Shown here: piece after piece, positions 9,593 to 20,097 of the stretch | Layout: every line of letters begins with the position of its first letter | How positions within the stretch are numbered: position 1 is the stretch's first letter | Assembly: GCA_963665095.1 (NCBI GenBank) | Contig: OY762069.1 | Coordinates: forward strand, 3,680,001 to 3,744,000 | From: an uncultured Desulfobacter sp. | GTDB taxonomy: Bacteria > Desulfobacterota > Desulfobacteria > Desulfobacterales > Desulfobacteraceae | DNA length: 64,000 nt | Direction: 5' to 3' | Program-made: the position numbers and the translations under genes | Notes under the pieces: generated by a model | What the model was told of the DNA's origin: nothing | Seen by the model: the letters and a program-made list of their open reading frames with translations, nothing else | Databases searched by the model: none

Positions 9593-10506
9593 GCGACAGG
9601 AAACAGACTAGGTTGCTGGTGACCGATTCCGGTTTAGGCGGACTGTCCGTGTGCGCCGGTATGGCCGCAAGGCTTGCGGACGATGTCCGGTACGACCGGG
9701 TGCACCTGATTTATTTTAATGCCTGGCCTGAGCAGTATAAGGGGTACAACCACTATCCGGACCCAACCGACCGGCCCAAGGTATTTCACAATGCCCTGGA
9801 TGCCATGGCCCGATTCAACCCGGACCATATTTTCATCGCCTGTAATACGTTATCAGTGATCTACCCTTTTACCCGGTTTGCAAAACAGACGCAAATCCCT
9901 GTTACCGGCATTGTGGATTACGGGGTGGAGATGATTTTCAATGCCCTGACCCGTGATCCGGACGCATCGGCCGTAATTTTTGCCACCCCGGCCACGATCC
10001 AGGAGGAGAGTCACAAAAAAGCCCTGATCCACAAGGGCATTGATCCTGACCGGATTATCACCCAGGGATGCCTGAATCTTGCCGGAAAAATTGAGCGAAG
10101 TCCCTTCAGCGATGAGGTCGGGGACCTCATTGATGACAATGCCGCACAGGCGGCTGGCAAACTGGGCGAAAGCAGGGGGGCACAATCAAGCGGTACTGTC
10201 TACGCCGGGCTTTGCTGCACCCATTTCGGCTATCGAAAAAAGAGTTTTGAACAGGATCTGGCCCGCCATACCGGCAGGCAGGTGCAGGTTCTCAACCCCA
10301 ACGAGGCCATGACCGACGGAGCCTGCCAGGGAATTATCCCGGGCGGGACACCGCAGATATCCATTGATATTGTATCCAGAGTTACCTGGGAGCCATCCAG
10401 AATTGAGGCCTATGACCGCCTTTTGTCACCCGTGTCTGAAAGTGTGGTAACGGCCCTGAAAAATTACCGGCTGGACAGCAATCTGTTCAGCATAGACATT
10501 GATTAA
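9589..10506 (+). CDS. Glutamate/aspartate racemase family (MurI-like)
   Basis: DSGLGGLSV, IACNT and CCTHF, so both catalytic Cys are present. ATG 9589 overlaps the capA stop. Confidence 0.85.
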   Translation: MSDRKQTRLLVTDSGLGGLSVCAGMAARLADDVRYDRVHLIYFNAWPEQYKGYNHYPDPTDRPKVFHNALDAMARFNPDHIFIACNTLSVIYPFTRFAKQTQIPVTGIVDYGVEMIFNALTRDPDASAVIFATPATIQEESHKKALIHKGIDPDRIITQGCLNLAGKIERSPFSDEVGDLIDDNAAQAAGKLGESRGAQSSGTVYAGLCCTHFGYRKKSFEQDLARHTGRQVQVLNPNEAMTDGACQGIIPGGTPQISIDIVSRVTWEPSRIEAYDRLLSPVSESVVTALKNYRLDSNLFSIDID

Positions 10507-11508
10507 ATGAGGGGAAAAATGAGCCGAATTTTACTGATTACCGGTCCGGGCGGAGATGCCCAGGGCTGGGGGAATATGGCTGTAACCGAAGAGATGGCAA
10601 AGGCCATTAACGCATCCGGCAAATCTGCTGAGATTGCATCCGTGTCAAATATGGACGAATTGATCAAAGAGCTTTCTTCGCGTAAGTTCGACCTGATCTG
10701 GAGCGCTTTGTACCATGTCACGGAAAATGAAGCCACCATTGGTATGGGAGATAGCGGGGAAGACTGGGTGGCCGATGTTCTGGATAAACGCCAGATTCCC
10801 TATATCGGCCCGGATGCCGCCACCATGAAGGCCCTGATACACAAAACCACCACCCACAATATCATGGATAAGGCAGGCGTCCCCGTGCCCTACCATTACC
10901 AGATTGCCCCGGGAGAGGCCCTGCCGGACCTGGTTTTCCCTGCTTTTGTGAAACCCAGTTATGAAAGCAGGTCCGTGGGCATCAATGACAACAGTGTGGT
11001 AAATACCCCTGAGGAACTGGCAGCCCAGGTCCGGTTTATCCATGAAAACTATGACCAGCCCGCCCTGGTGGAAGAGTACCTGCCGGGCCAGGAGTATACG
11101 GTATTAATGCTGGGAAACGGAGAATATCAGGAATTTCTGCCGGGCATGGTCACGGTGGACCCCAAACTTTTAGGCAAATACCCAATCTTAAAGGCCGAAC
11201 TTCGCGGGGTGGGCGCCACCAAAATCAAACCGGTGGGAGCGTTATCCGAAAAAACCATCGACGCCACGGCCAAGGCCATGGAAGCCCTGAACTGCCTGGA
11301 TCATGTCAGGGCGGATATGCGCCTGGACAGCCAGGGGAATGTAAAAATCATTGAGGTGAACGGCATTCCGGGCCTCAAGCCCGTTAAAAGCTGGAGCCCC
11401 CAATTGTACACCCTGCATCATGCTTCAGAAAAAGGGGAAATGGAAGATTACCGCGCCCTGATTGACCACATTGTGACTTCCGCACTGGCCCGGTACGGCA
11501 TTGCCTGA
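10507..11508 (+). CDS. D-Ala-D-Ala ligase-like ATP-grasp enzyme (divergent)
   Basis: IPYIGP, PAFVKP, EEYLPGQEYTV, RADMRLD, IIEVNGIPG. Confidence 0.8.
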   Translation: MRGKMSRILLITGPGGDAQGWGNMAVTEEMAKAINASGKSAEIASVSNMDELIKELSSRKFDLIWSALYHVTENEATIGMGDSGEDWVADVLDKRQIPYIGPDAATMKALIHKTTTHNIMDKAGVPVPYHYQIAPGEALPDLVFPAFVKPSYESRSVGINDNSVVNTPEELAAQVRFIHENYDQPALVEEYLPGQEYTVLMLGNGEYQEFLPGMVTVDPKLLGKYPILKAELRGVGATKIKPVGALSEKTIDATAKAMEALNCLDHVRADMRLDSQGNVKIIEVNGIPGLKPVKSWSPQLYTLHHASEKGEMEDYRALIDHIVTSALARYGIA

Positions 11509-11702
11509 CCCAATGGTGTTTGAACGATACGTCGCCCACCTGCTGCGCTTCAGGGAAATCTGTAATCCTCACAACCCCATGGGTGCTCCGGTTACAAATT
11601 TCCCTGCCCCCTGCATCCGGGCAACTTTTCGCCCAAACACAGGACTTTTGCTTGGGCGTGATTTTAATTTCCGGGAAGTTCAGGAATTAAAAACAAAACG
11701 GC

Positions 11703-12578
11703 TTAAACCAGACTGCTCAGAGTATTTTCAAAGGCTGCTTTAACCATGTCGGTGATCATCTGATTCACTTTCTTGGAAGCTGTTTCCAGCAGTTCGGACA
11801 AGGAGGGTTCTGTCTCATCGGCAACCGCCTCAGACTCCTGGGTCTCTTCCTTTTCCGCCAGGCTGCTCATATAGTGATCAAATAGTTCGCTCAAGGGCTG
11901 GGTGGCCCGGGCCAGCGCTTCTTCTTCCTGCTCCTCAAGCAGCTCGGCCAGCTGTTCCATCAGAGACGTTTCCAGATCTCCGGCAGCGTCATCCGTGGTA
12001 TCTGTTTCATCGGTATCATCGTTTACAGCATCCAGAAGCGATGAGGTCATATCCTGACCCAGTGCCCCGGCACCGGAGGTCCGTTCTTCACTGTACATGG
12101 CATAGGACCGCTCCACCGTGATATCGGCCTGGTAGGTGGAGATGGAGTCGTAATACCCCATGGTCAGGGCCTTGGCCAGTGCCCCCTGCATATCCCCTTC
12201 CATCATTTCACCGATAATGCCGTCAACCCCGGATACAATGGACTCAATATCTTCAAGCTCCTCTTCGCTTAAGTCCCCTTCCACGGTAAATGTAAAGGTT
12301 TCTCCGGAACTTAGAGTAATCTCTCGCACATTATAGGAGGAGGCCGTATACCCGTCTTCATCATAAAGCACACCCTGGCTGCTGTATTCATAGGCATCCA
12401 GCTCTGAATACCGACTGGTGGACAGGGTGACCACATCCCCCTCCCGGGTCTGGATGGTCAGGCCCGCATCAAGGCTTGAATAGGAATTGACGTAAAGCTG
12501 GCTTGAAGCGGTACTGGCGTTTATCAATGCGGCCTGATTCTGCAGACCATTGGAGGTGACTTGCGGTATGCTGGTCAT
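11703..12578 (-). CDS. Acidic hypothetical protein (DUF5610-like)
   Basis: Very Asp/Glu-rich. LTIQTREGDVVTLS and FTVEGDLSEEELEDI pattern. GGAGAGG RBS. Confidence 0.6.
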   Translation of the reverse strand: MTSIPQVTSNGLQNQAALINASTASSQLYVNSYSSLDAGLTIQTREGDVVTLSTSRYSELDAYEYSSQGVLYDEDGYTASSYNVREITLSSGETFTFTVEGDLSEEELEDIESIVSGVDGIIGEMMEGDMQGALAKALTMGYYDSISTYQADITVERSYAMYSEERTSGAGALGQDMTSSLLDAVNDDTDETDTTDDAAGDLETSLMEQLAELLEEQEEEALARATQPLSELFDHYMSSLAEKEETQESEAVADETEPSLSELLETASKKVNQMITDMVKAAFENTLSSLV

Positions 12579-12632
12579 TATCCCTCTCCTAACTTAAGGT
12601 TGTTCACGATAGCCTTTTAATCCTGTTTATGA

Positions 12633-12659
12633 TTATCGGTTGCGGTCGTAAAAATCTGA
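12633..12659 (-). promoter_or_regulatory. Candidate sigma28 (FliA) promoter
   Basis: Minus strand TCAG-N15-ACCGATAA compared with consensus TAAA-N15-GCCGATAA, 55 nt upstream of ATG 12578. Confidence 0.55.
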
Positions 12660-12790
12660 ATACTTTTAAACTTTTTTTTTAAACCGGCCTGCCCTATAAT
12701 TTAAAAAATTATGTATTCTGCTTTCCCTAAGCGACCTATTACAAATGACAGGAAAATTCAGTTTTTACATATACTTACAGTGGATCGGAA

Positions 12791-15700
12791 ATGAGCCTAC
12801 GAAAAAAAACATTGATCACCATTAGCATTACCCTGACAATTATGGTTTTTTTCATCTATCTTTTCACCAGCGTCATCCTGCTTGACGGATACAAAGGCCT
12901 AGAGGGACAGGATATTCTTCATGATGCAACCCAGGCTGAAAAAATAATCATCGCCGAAATGTGTCAACTGAAAAGCGTTGTTGGTGACTGGGCGCCATGG
13001 GATGATACATATCAGTTTATTCAAAATGAAAATCCGGCTTATGTCATAAACAATTTAATGGATTCAGTGTTAATCAACCTGAATATCAGTTTTCTGATTT
13101 TCATAAATACTAACGGGGAAATAATCCATTGCAGCCATGTAAACCTTGAAAGCGGCAATGGGAAGAGTTGCCCGGCCGCGCTGAGGGATTATATCACCGC
13201 CACGCCATCACTGTTAAGAGATGAACAGCATCTCAACACTCTGGCAGGTCTGGCGCTGCTGCCGGAAAATCCGGTTTTTCTGGCAGCAGCGCCCATTCTC
13301 ACGAGTCAATTTAAAGGCCCTGTTATGGGCACACTTGTGGCAGGACGATATCTGAATGAAACGGAAATTAAAAAAATCGCTGACAAATTGAATCTTTGCA
13401 TTTCGTTTCACCGTCTGGACGATCCGGAACTACCCGATGAAATCAAGCGTGGCGGCCAGTGGCAGGCCTCTTCTGACACCGATACGGTTATAAAGCATTA
13501 TGAAGATACCATTGCCGCATATACCATGCTGACAGATTACAATGACCGCCCGGCGCTCATATTCCGGATTGAAAAAATACGCAGCATATACAGGCAGGGA
13601 AAGACCAGCATGTATTCCTTAATTTTTTCCATGCTGGCCATCAGCGTTATGTTTATCATTGTTGTGATGCTGCTTCTTGAACGTACAATTCTGTCAAGGA
13701 TCCTGCAACTGAGCCATGAAATTAAACATATTGAGACCACCGGAAATCTGCTGGACCGGACAACTGTCAGCGGCAAGGATGAACTGGCTGATTTATCCGT
13801 GCAGATTAATCGTATGCTTGAATCTCTAAGGGTGAGTACCGAAAGGGACCTGGTTATTCTTGATTCAATTGAGGATGCCTATTTTGAATTTGATCTTGAG
13901 GGAAATCTTGTCTTTTTTAATCAATATGCAGCCACACTTATGAAAGACAGAATCACAGACTTAAAAAATTTAAATTATCGACATTTAATAGATAACGATA
14001 CATTGGATCAGGTAGATGATGCCTTTAACCAACTGTATAAAACCGGTGAGCCCATTAAAGGCCTTGAGACCCAGCTTATTTTTAAAAACGGAGATAAAAA
14101 ACTGCTGGAATCAAGGGTGTCCCTGATTAAAGACACCGAGGGGAAAAGAACCGGATTTCGTGGAATAGCCAGAGATATCACCGAGCGTAAAAATGCTGAA
14201 GAGCGGCTGAAAAAAAGTGAACAGAGACTGTCTCTTGCCCTGGAGGTCAGCCTTGCAGGACTGTGGGAAGCCAACCTGGCAACTAAAGAGTTCTCGTTTG
14301 ACAAAAAACTGTTCCATGCGTTTGGTTATTTCACCGAAGACTTCCCAAAAGAGATAACCGACATTATCAACTTTATTGATCCCCAGGACGCCCCGAGAGC
14401 CCGGAGATGTTTTTTAACATTTATCAAAGGCGTCTCCTCCTTTTACAGAGATGATTTCCAGGTGCTCACAAAAACCGGTGAAAAAAGGTGGATACATAAC
14501 CGGGCCAGAGCCATTGAGCATTTTGACGACAACAGGCCCAAAATGATTATTGGAACAGCCATTGACATAACAGATTTGAAACGGGCGGAAAAAGAACTCA
14601 GGGACAATGAAGAGCGGTACCGCACCATCCTGGAAAACCAGAAAATTGGTTATTTTGAAACAGATCTCTCCGGCAATTTTCTTTTTTTTAACAATGCCCT
14701 GTGCGCCCTTACGGAATATGATTCATACCAGTTGCAGGGTCTGAATTATAATGCCTATACAGATGCAGAAACAGCCCAAAAGCTGGAGGCCCTGTATAAA
14801 ACAATTTTTCAAACCGGTAAGCCGCTGTCAGGTATCGAATATTCAGTGGTCACAAAAAATAACCGCCAGATCACCCTTGAAACATCTATTTCCCTGATAA
14901 AGGATCCCAATGAAAATCCAGTTGGTTTCTGTGGATTGGCCATGGATATTACGGACAAAAAAAATGCCGAAATCGCAAAAAGAAACGCTGAGAGGGAAAA
15001 TCGACAGGCCCATAAAATGGAAGCAATTGGGACACTGGCCGGCGGAATTGCCCATGATTTCAATAATATTTTGACCAGCATTTTCGGATATGCCCAGTTG
15101 GCAAAAAATGCGATCCATATCCCTGCCAAGGCAGAGGGACATATTGACCAGATTATGAAAGGAGCCGGCAGGGCAGCGGGTTTAATTCAGCAGATACTGA
15201 CATTTTCAAGGCAAAAAGAGCAGGAAAAAATCCTGATCAATATCGCCATGGTGGTCAAAGAGGCGGTTCATCTGATGAGAGCATCAATTCCAACCACCAT
15301 TGATATACAGGAAAATATCTTTTCAAAGGCAAATGTATCCACAGATCCCACCCGGATTCATCAGCTGATCATGAATCTGTGTACAAATGCATACCATGCC
15401 ATGCGTAACCAGGGCGGGGTATTGACAGTTGAGCTGTCTGATGTGTACCTGCCGGATTATCAAAGCTATCCGGAGATCAACCTGCCGGCCGGGGATTATG
15501 TTCAAATCACTGTAAAAGATACCGGTTGCGGCATGGATGAAGATACATTGCAAAAGGTATTCGACCCGTACTTTACCACAAAGCCCATCGGGGAAGGCAC
15601 AGGGCTTGGACTGTCCATCGTATACGGTATTGTTGAGGATCATGACGGCCTGATAAAAGCATACAGTTCCGAGAATCAGGGTGCTGTTTTCAGAATATTT

Positions 15701-16144
15701 CTTCCTGTGGCAAAAGAGACTGCCACCCTGAAAGAAGCCGGCCCCAAACTTGTTACCCCTGGAAATAATGAAACAGTGATGCTGGTTGATGATGAAGAAG
15801 GCATCCTTTTGTCGGTCCAGCAAAATCTGCAAAATCATGGATATAGGGTCAGGGCATTCAGCAATCCGGAAGAGGCATTAAAAGCGTTTAAAGAAAATCC
15901 GTCACTGGTTGATCTGCTCATAACCGACATGACAATGCCTGGCATGACCGGGGATCTTCTGGCAAAGGATGTCTTAAAAATTCGGCCTGGAATGCCTGTG
16001 ATTCTATGCACCGGATACAGTGAAAAAATATCCGACGCCAAAGCTTTTAAGATGGGTGTCAGGCGGTTCCTCCAGAAGCCGTTGGGCATCAATAAACTGT
16101 TACAGATCGTTCGTGAAGTCCTGGATGAACCTTCAAAATTTTAA
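12791..16144 (+). CDS. Hybrid sensor histidine kinase (CHASE4-HAMP-3xPAS-HisKA-HATPase-REC)
   Basis: Two TM segments, DWAPWDDTY (CHASE4), LAGGIAHDFNNIL, GTGLGL, LLITDMTMP receiver. Confidence 0.93.
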   Translation: MSLRKKTLITISITLTIMVFFIYLFTSVILLDGYKGLEGQDILHDATQAEKIIIAEMCQLKSVVGDWAPWDDTYQFIQNENPAYVINNLMDSVLINLNISFLIFINTNGEIIHCSHVNLESGNGKSCPAALRDYITATPSLLRDEQHLNTLAGLALLPENPVFLAAAPILTSQFKGPVMGTLVAGRYLNETEIKKIADKLNLCISFHRLDDPELPDEIKRGGQWQASSDTDTVIKHYEDTIAAYTMLTDYNDRPALIFRIEKIRSIYRQGKTSMYSLIFSMLAISVMFIIVVMLLLERTILSRILQLSHEIKHIETTGNLLDRTTVSGKDELADLSVQINRMLESLRVSTERDLVILDSIEDAYFEFDLEGNLVFFNQYAATLMKDRITDLKNLNYRHLIDNDTLDQVDDAFNQLYKTGEPIKGLETQLIFKNGDKKLLESRVSLIKDTEGKRTGFRGIARDITERKNAEERLKKSEQRLSLALEVSLAGLWEANLATKEFSFDKKLFHAFGYFTEDFPKEITDIINFIDPQDAPRARRCFLTFIKGVSSFYRDDFQVLTKTGEKRWIHNRARAIEHFDDNRPKMIIGTAIDITDLKRAEKELRDNEERYRTILENQKIGYFETDLSGNFLFFNNALCALTEYDSYQLQGLNYNAYTDAETAQKLEALYKTIFQTGKPLSGIEYSVVTKNNRQITLETSISLIKDPNENPVGFCGLAMDITDKKNAEIAKRNAERENRQAHKMEAIGTLAGGIAHDFNNILTSIFGYAQLAKNAIHIPAKAEGHIDQIMKGAGRAAGLIQQILTFSRQKEQEKILINIAMVVKEAVHLMRASIPTTIDIQENIFSKANVSTDPTRIHQLIMNLCTNAYHAMRNQGGVLTVELSDVYLPDYQSYPEINLPAGDYVQITVKDTGCGMDEDTLQKVFDPYFTTKPIGEGTGLGLSIVYGIVEDHDGLIKAYSSENQGAVFRIFLPVAKETATLKEAGPKLVTPGNNETVMLVDDEEGILLSVQQNLQNHGYRVRAFSNPEEALKAFKENPSLVDLLITDMTMPGMTGDLLAKDVLKIRPGMPVILCTGYSEKISDAKAFKMGVRRFLQKPLGINKLLQIVREVLDEPSKF

Positions 16145-16265
16145 AGGTCAATAATTTTTACAGTCAATAACACTGACAGTCATCTCATCCTGCTATATTT
16201 TAATAAAAATTAAATGCCAGGGTCCACGAAGTCGGGCCCTGGTTCAACTTTTTTAGGAAGATGAA

Positions 16266-16751
16266 ATGACGGAAGATTTCAAATCCAAGGTCGCTTTTAT
16301 TGTCGAGACCGATGGTCTGTTAAAATATTATCTGGAGTCGGTAATTATAAAAGACATTAAATCCCAAATGGAGGACGATACCTTCAGGCGCTTAAATACC
16401 AACCATATCCATGCCTCCCTGGTTTTAAAAACCATTGCACCCTGCTCTTTGAAAACATTTGCAGCAACCCTGAGGCTGTCCAAAGCAGCGGCATCTGCTC
16501 TGGTAGACCGGATGGTCAAGGCGGGGGTCGTTCGCCGTGAGGCCAACCCTGAAAACAGGCGGGAGGTTTTATTGACTGTCAGCCCTGAATTCGCAGCCCA
16601 TACCGAATATGTCCGTTCCCAATTGACGCTATGGTTTGAAAGCCTTGCAACCACCATAGGCATGGAGACGTTTGAAAAATGGCATACCGTCATGCGCACT
16701 ATTAACGAGGTGATTCAAAAGGAGATTAATTCAGCTGATGCAGCATCTTAA
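16266..16751 (+). CDS. MarR-family transcriptional regulator
   Basis: LSKAAASALVDRMVKAGVVRREANPENRREVLL winged helix. Confidence 0.9.
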   Translation: MTEDFKSKVAFIVETDGLLKYYLESVIIKDIKSQMEDDTFRRLNTNHIHASLVLKTIAPCSLKTFAATLRLSKAAASALVDRMVKAGVVRREANPENRREVLLTVSPEFAAHTEYVRSQLTLWFESLATTIGMETFEKWHTVMRTINEVIQKEINSADAAS

Positions 16752-17949
16752 TCCAGGCAGCTCTGTTCTACAGAATACCAGTACCACATGGTATTCTAAA
16801 ATATTTTTACCTGTGTTACTTGTGATCATGGGTGCTTATCCGCCCCTGTCAACAGATATGTACCTGCCGGCTCTGCCAGATATTGCCAGGTCATTCAACA
16901 CGTCCGAAGCCATGGTCAATCTGACCCTTGTCCTTTTTTTTGTTTTTTTTGCATTTTCAACCCTGATCTGGGGACCGGTATCGGATAAATTCGGCCGCCG
17001 TCCGGCACTGATTGCAGGCATTGGCCTTTTCAGCCTGGCCAGTGCCGGATGCGTCTGGTCGGATTCCATCAGGCAGCTGATCTTCTGGAGAACGCTCCAG
17101 GCTTTAGGGGCAGGAGCGCCTGTTACTATTTCCATCGCCATTGTTCAGGATACCTATACCGGCACTGCCAAAAAGAAAATCCTGGCAACCCTCACGGCCC
17201 TGATGATGATTGCTCCGGTTGCCGCACCAACCTTAGGGGCTGTCATCATAACTTTTGCCCAGTGGCGTATGGTGTTTGTTATACTTCTGCTTCTTGGTCT
17301 GGTATCCCTGGCCGGATGCTTTGTTATCAGTGAAACCATACCTGAAAAGAGTGAGGCGTCCGCTTTCCAGGCCTTTGGCAGCCTTTTTCAGGTACTCAAT
17401 GACCCCGTTTTTCGAAAATCCCTGGCTGCATTTTCTCTGCCTGCCCTGTATGCGCTCGGTTTTGTCGGCGGCTCAGCCCTTATCTTCATGACTGAATTTG
17501 GCGTTTCCTCCTCCTATTTCAGCATCTGTTTTGCCACCAATGCTATGTTTGCCATCCTCGGGGCCGCTATTTATGTCCCTTTACTGCGATGGATTTCCAA
17601 CGAGAAAATGATTTTGCTCTCTTTTCTGTCCATTTCAGTCAGCGGTTGTCTTATCCTTTGTTTCGGCAGTATCAGCGCCCTTGTATTTCTGATCTGTGTG
17701 CTCCCGGGAACAACCCTGACAGCATTGCTCAGGCCGCTCAGTGTGGACCTGATGATGGACTCCGGTGGCCCGAAATCCGGCGCCATCGCCTCAATGATCA
17801 ATTTCTTTTTCACCATTATCGGAAGCATCGGGATGCAGATTCTGGCCATGGACTGGGACAGCCGGGTCAAGATTTACGGAATCATGGCGATAATGACAGG
17901 GGCCGCCTGCCTGCTGATATGGGCAGAAAAAAAAAGGGCAGTCCGATAA
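16738..17949 (+). CDS. Bcr/CflA-type MFS efflux transporter
   Basis: STDMYLPALP, GPVSDKFGRRP (motif A), many TM segments. Overlaps the marR stop. Confidence 0.92.
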   Translation: MQHLNPGSSVLQNTSTTWYSKIFLPVLLVIMGAYPPLSTDMYLPALPDIARSFNTSEAMVNLTLVLFFVFFAFSTLIWGPVSDKFGRRPALIAGIGLFSLASAGCVWSDSIRQLIFWRTLQALGAGAPVTISIAIVQDTYTGTAKKKILATLTALMMIAPVAAPTLGAVIITFAQWRMVFVILLLLGLVSLAGCFVISETIPEKSEASAFQAFGSLFQVLNDPVFRKSLAAFSLPALYALGFVGGSALIFMTEFGVSSSYFSICFATNAMFAILGAAIYVPLLRWISNEKMILLSFLSISVSGCLILCFGSISALVFLICVLPGTTLTALLRPLSVDLMMDSGGPKSGAIASMINFFFTIIGSIGMQILAMDWDSRVKIYGIMAIMTGAACLLIWAEKKRAVR

Positions 17950-18015
17950 CCCAACCGCGACCAACCCGTTGAGGTGTTTGAGGATCAGGCAGATACCTGA
18001 CCTGCGCATGGACAT

Positions 18016-18975
18016 TCAGCAGGTCAAAAAGCCTGCCCGGTCAGGCCCCGGATCGCTGTAACGACAGCCAATGGCATCTTTACCCGTCTCTTTGATTTTA
18101 AACATTGCCTGGTCAGCCAGGCACAGCAGATTTTTTACATCCGTTGCATCATCAGGATACGCCGAGATACCAAAACTGGCACTTAAACTCACGTTACACT
18201 TTTCTTCACTCAGGTAAACAGTCTGCTTCATACGGGTTTGAATCCTTTTTGTCATTTTAATTGCCTCTTCTTTATCAAACCCCGGCAAAACAATAACAAA
18301 TTCATCCCCACCGTAGGCAACCCCGTAACTAGGATGTGTAATGGATTCTCTGATGGTTTGCGCCACTTCCTGAATCGCCCGGCTGCCGTTCAGATGCCCG
18401 TAAGTATCCACGACATGTTTAAAATTATCGATATCCATAAATAGCAGGGCCAGAGAGGTACCGTCAGCCCGGCTGCTTTCAAGCATCTGCTCAAGTGTAT
18501 CGTAAAGATAACGTGTGTTGTAAAGGCCTGTTAAATCATCATGAATGGCCAGGTATTTAAGCTGATGGTTAATTTTTTCCAGCGCTTTCCGCGAATGGCT
18601 TAACTCCAGTTGCGTTTTAACCCGGACCAGTAATTCCGTGACATTGAAAGGCTTGGCAATATAGTCCACGGCACCGGCCTTAAACCCCTCAACTATACTT
18701 TGGGTATCGATTTTTGCCGTAAGAAAAATAATCGGAATATCCCGGGTGGCGGCACCCTGTTTCAGCCTTTGACACACTTCAATGCCATCCATTTCAGGCA
18801 TCATGATATCCAGTAATATCAGATCCGGAGGATCCGCAGCAATAAACTCCAGAGCTGACTTGCCGTCCATGGCCACACTAACCTGATAGACCTTGCTGAG
18901 AATGGACACAAGTATATCAATATTTGTCTTTGTATCGTCCACTACCATGACAGTAAAGTTTTGATTCGTATCCAT
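18016..18975 (-). CDS. Response-regulator diguanylate cyclase (REC-GGDEF)
   Basis: VVDD, LILLDIMMP, DDLTGLYN, YGGDEF. Confidence 0.92.
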   Translation of the reverse strand: MDTNQNFTVMVVDDTKTNIDILVSILSKVYQVSVAMDGKSALEFIAADPPDLILLDIMMPEMDGIEVCQRLKQGAATRDIPIIFLTAKIDTQSIVEGFKAGAVDYIAKPFNVTELLVRVKTQLELSHSRKALEKINHQLKYLAIHDDLTGLYNTRYLYDTLEQMLESSRADGTSLALLFMDIDNFKHVVDTYGHLNGSRAIQEVAQTIRESITHPSYGVAYGGDEFVIVLPGFDKEEAIKMTKRIQTRMKQTVYLSEEKCNVSLSASFGISAYPDDATDVKNLLCLADQAMFKIKETGKDAIGCRYSDPGPDRAGFLTC

Positions 18976-19216
18976 CGATATACCCCTCTTGTTGATTGCG
19001 ATGGCAACGCCTGCACCTGAGGAAAAAATTCAATAATTTGGATACTACGTCTGTAGAATAGGAGTACCTGTTCTGTCAAGACCTAATCGGCGATTCTGCA
19101 GAGCAATCGCGTGCAACGCGTCGATAGCCGGAGGCTGATTTCTATGGGTATAATGATAATTATGTTTTATCGTTAGCAAAATGTCGTGTGGCAGTGCTTC
19201 TCACCAAGAAAACGTT

Positions 19217-19969
19217 TTATCCCGATTGAGCAGTGATTGTCCTTCTTCCATCTGTTCCACGTTCATGACAGCCCTCTTCTGTTCTTTGAACATTCAACAC
19301 TTCGAGAATGGCTTTGATAACTGATTCAGGTTGTTCATCGGGAATACCGTGACCGCTGTCTACCCAGATTTGTTTAGAACCCGGATAAAGACGGGCAATA
19401 TCTTTTCGCTTTTGGTTTGTATCATCCGCTAACGCTGATTTGTCTTTCATCGGCCGTAAAGCACTCAATACAATCACCGGCTTTCCTGTAAAAGAGGGCA
19501 GGGCCAATACCTCATCTCCCGTTCTATTAATCAACTCCAGTTCTGCTTTTGCAGTTAAGGACAAGTGCCAGCTAAAAGCGATACGAAACAAGGCAGGCCA
19601 GTTATCAATACTTCCTTTGCCTTTGAACTGATTTGGGTGGGTCGAATCAACAAGAATAAGCCCGGTTACCTCTTCAGGATATCGGCGGGCAAATAATTGC
19701 ATGTATAAGCCGCCAAGGGAGAGACCGACCAGTATATATGGGGGTGAAACCTCTGAAATAATTTTGCTCCAGCAATACATTTTCCCGTCAAGACCATTCT
19801 CAAAAATGACCGTATGGGATACGTCCGTATTTCTGATTAATGAATATTCAACCTGGCAATGATCAAAAACACCAGTTTATTTGTTAGGAACGGCTGTACA
19901 TCCGGAGACAAGTATCATTAACAAAATCCCAAAACAGATAAAATTGCGATTGAAATTTACGCTATTCAC
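19217..19969 (-). pseudogene. Alpha/beta-hydrolase lipoprotein pseudogene
   Basis: GGAGGAG RBS, GTG 19969, lipobox LVSGC, then an in-frame TAA (19877-19879). Downstream VIFENGL, LVGLSLGG and SGHGI. The segment before the nucleophile looks deleted. Confidence 0.75.
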
Positions 19970-20097
19970 GGCACTCCTCCTGAATACGTACCAGATAATT
20001 ATGCAGAATAAACTGAAATAGTTTGAAGCAAATGCTATCTGCCAAAAGCCACAACCTGAAGATGGCCGTTATAAGCCATTGGCAGATACCAAATTCC

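Noticed and set aside
19085..19135. Short palindromic stretch as an integron attC site
   Set aside because: No RYYYAAC/GTTRRRY boxes in the right arrangement and no integrase.
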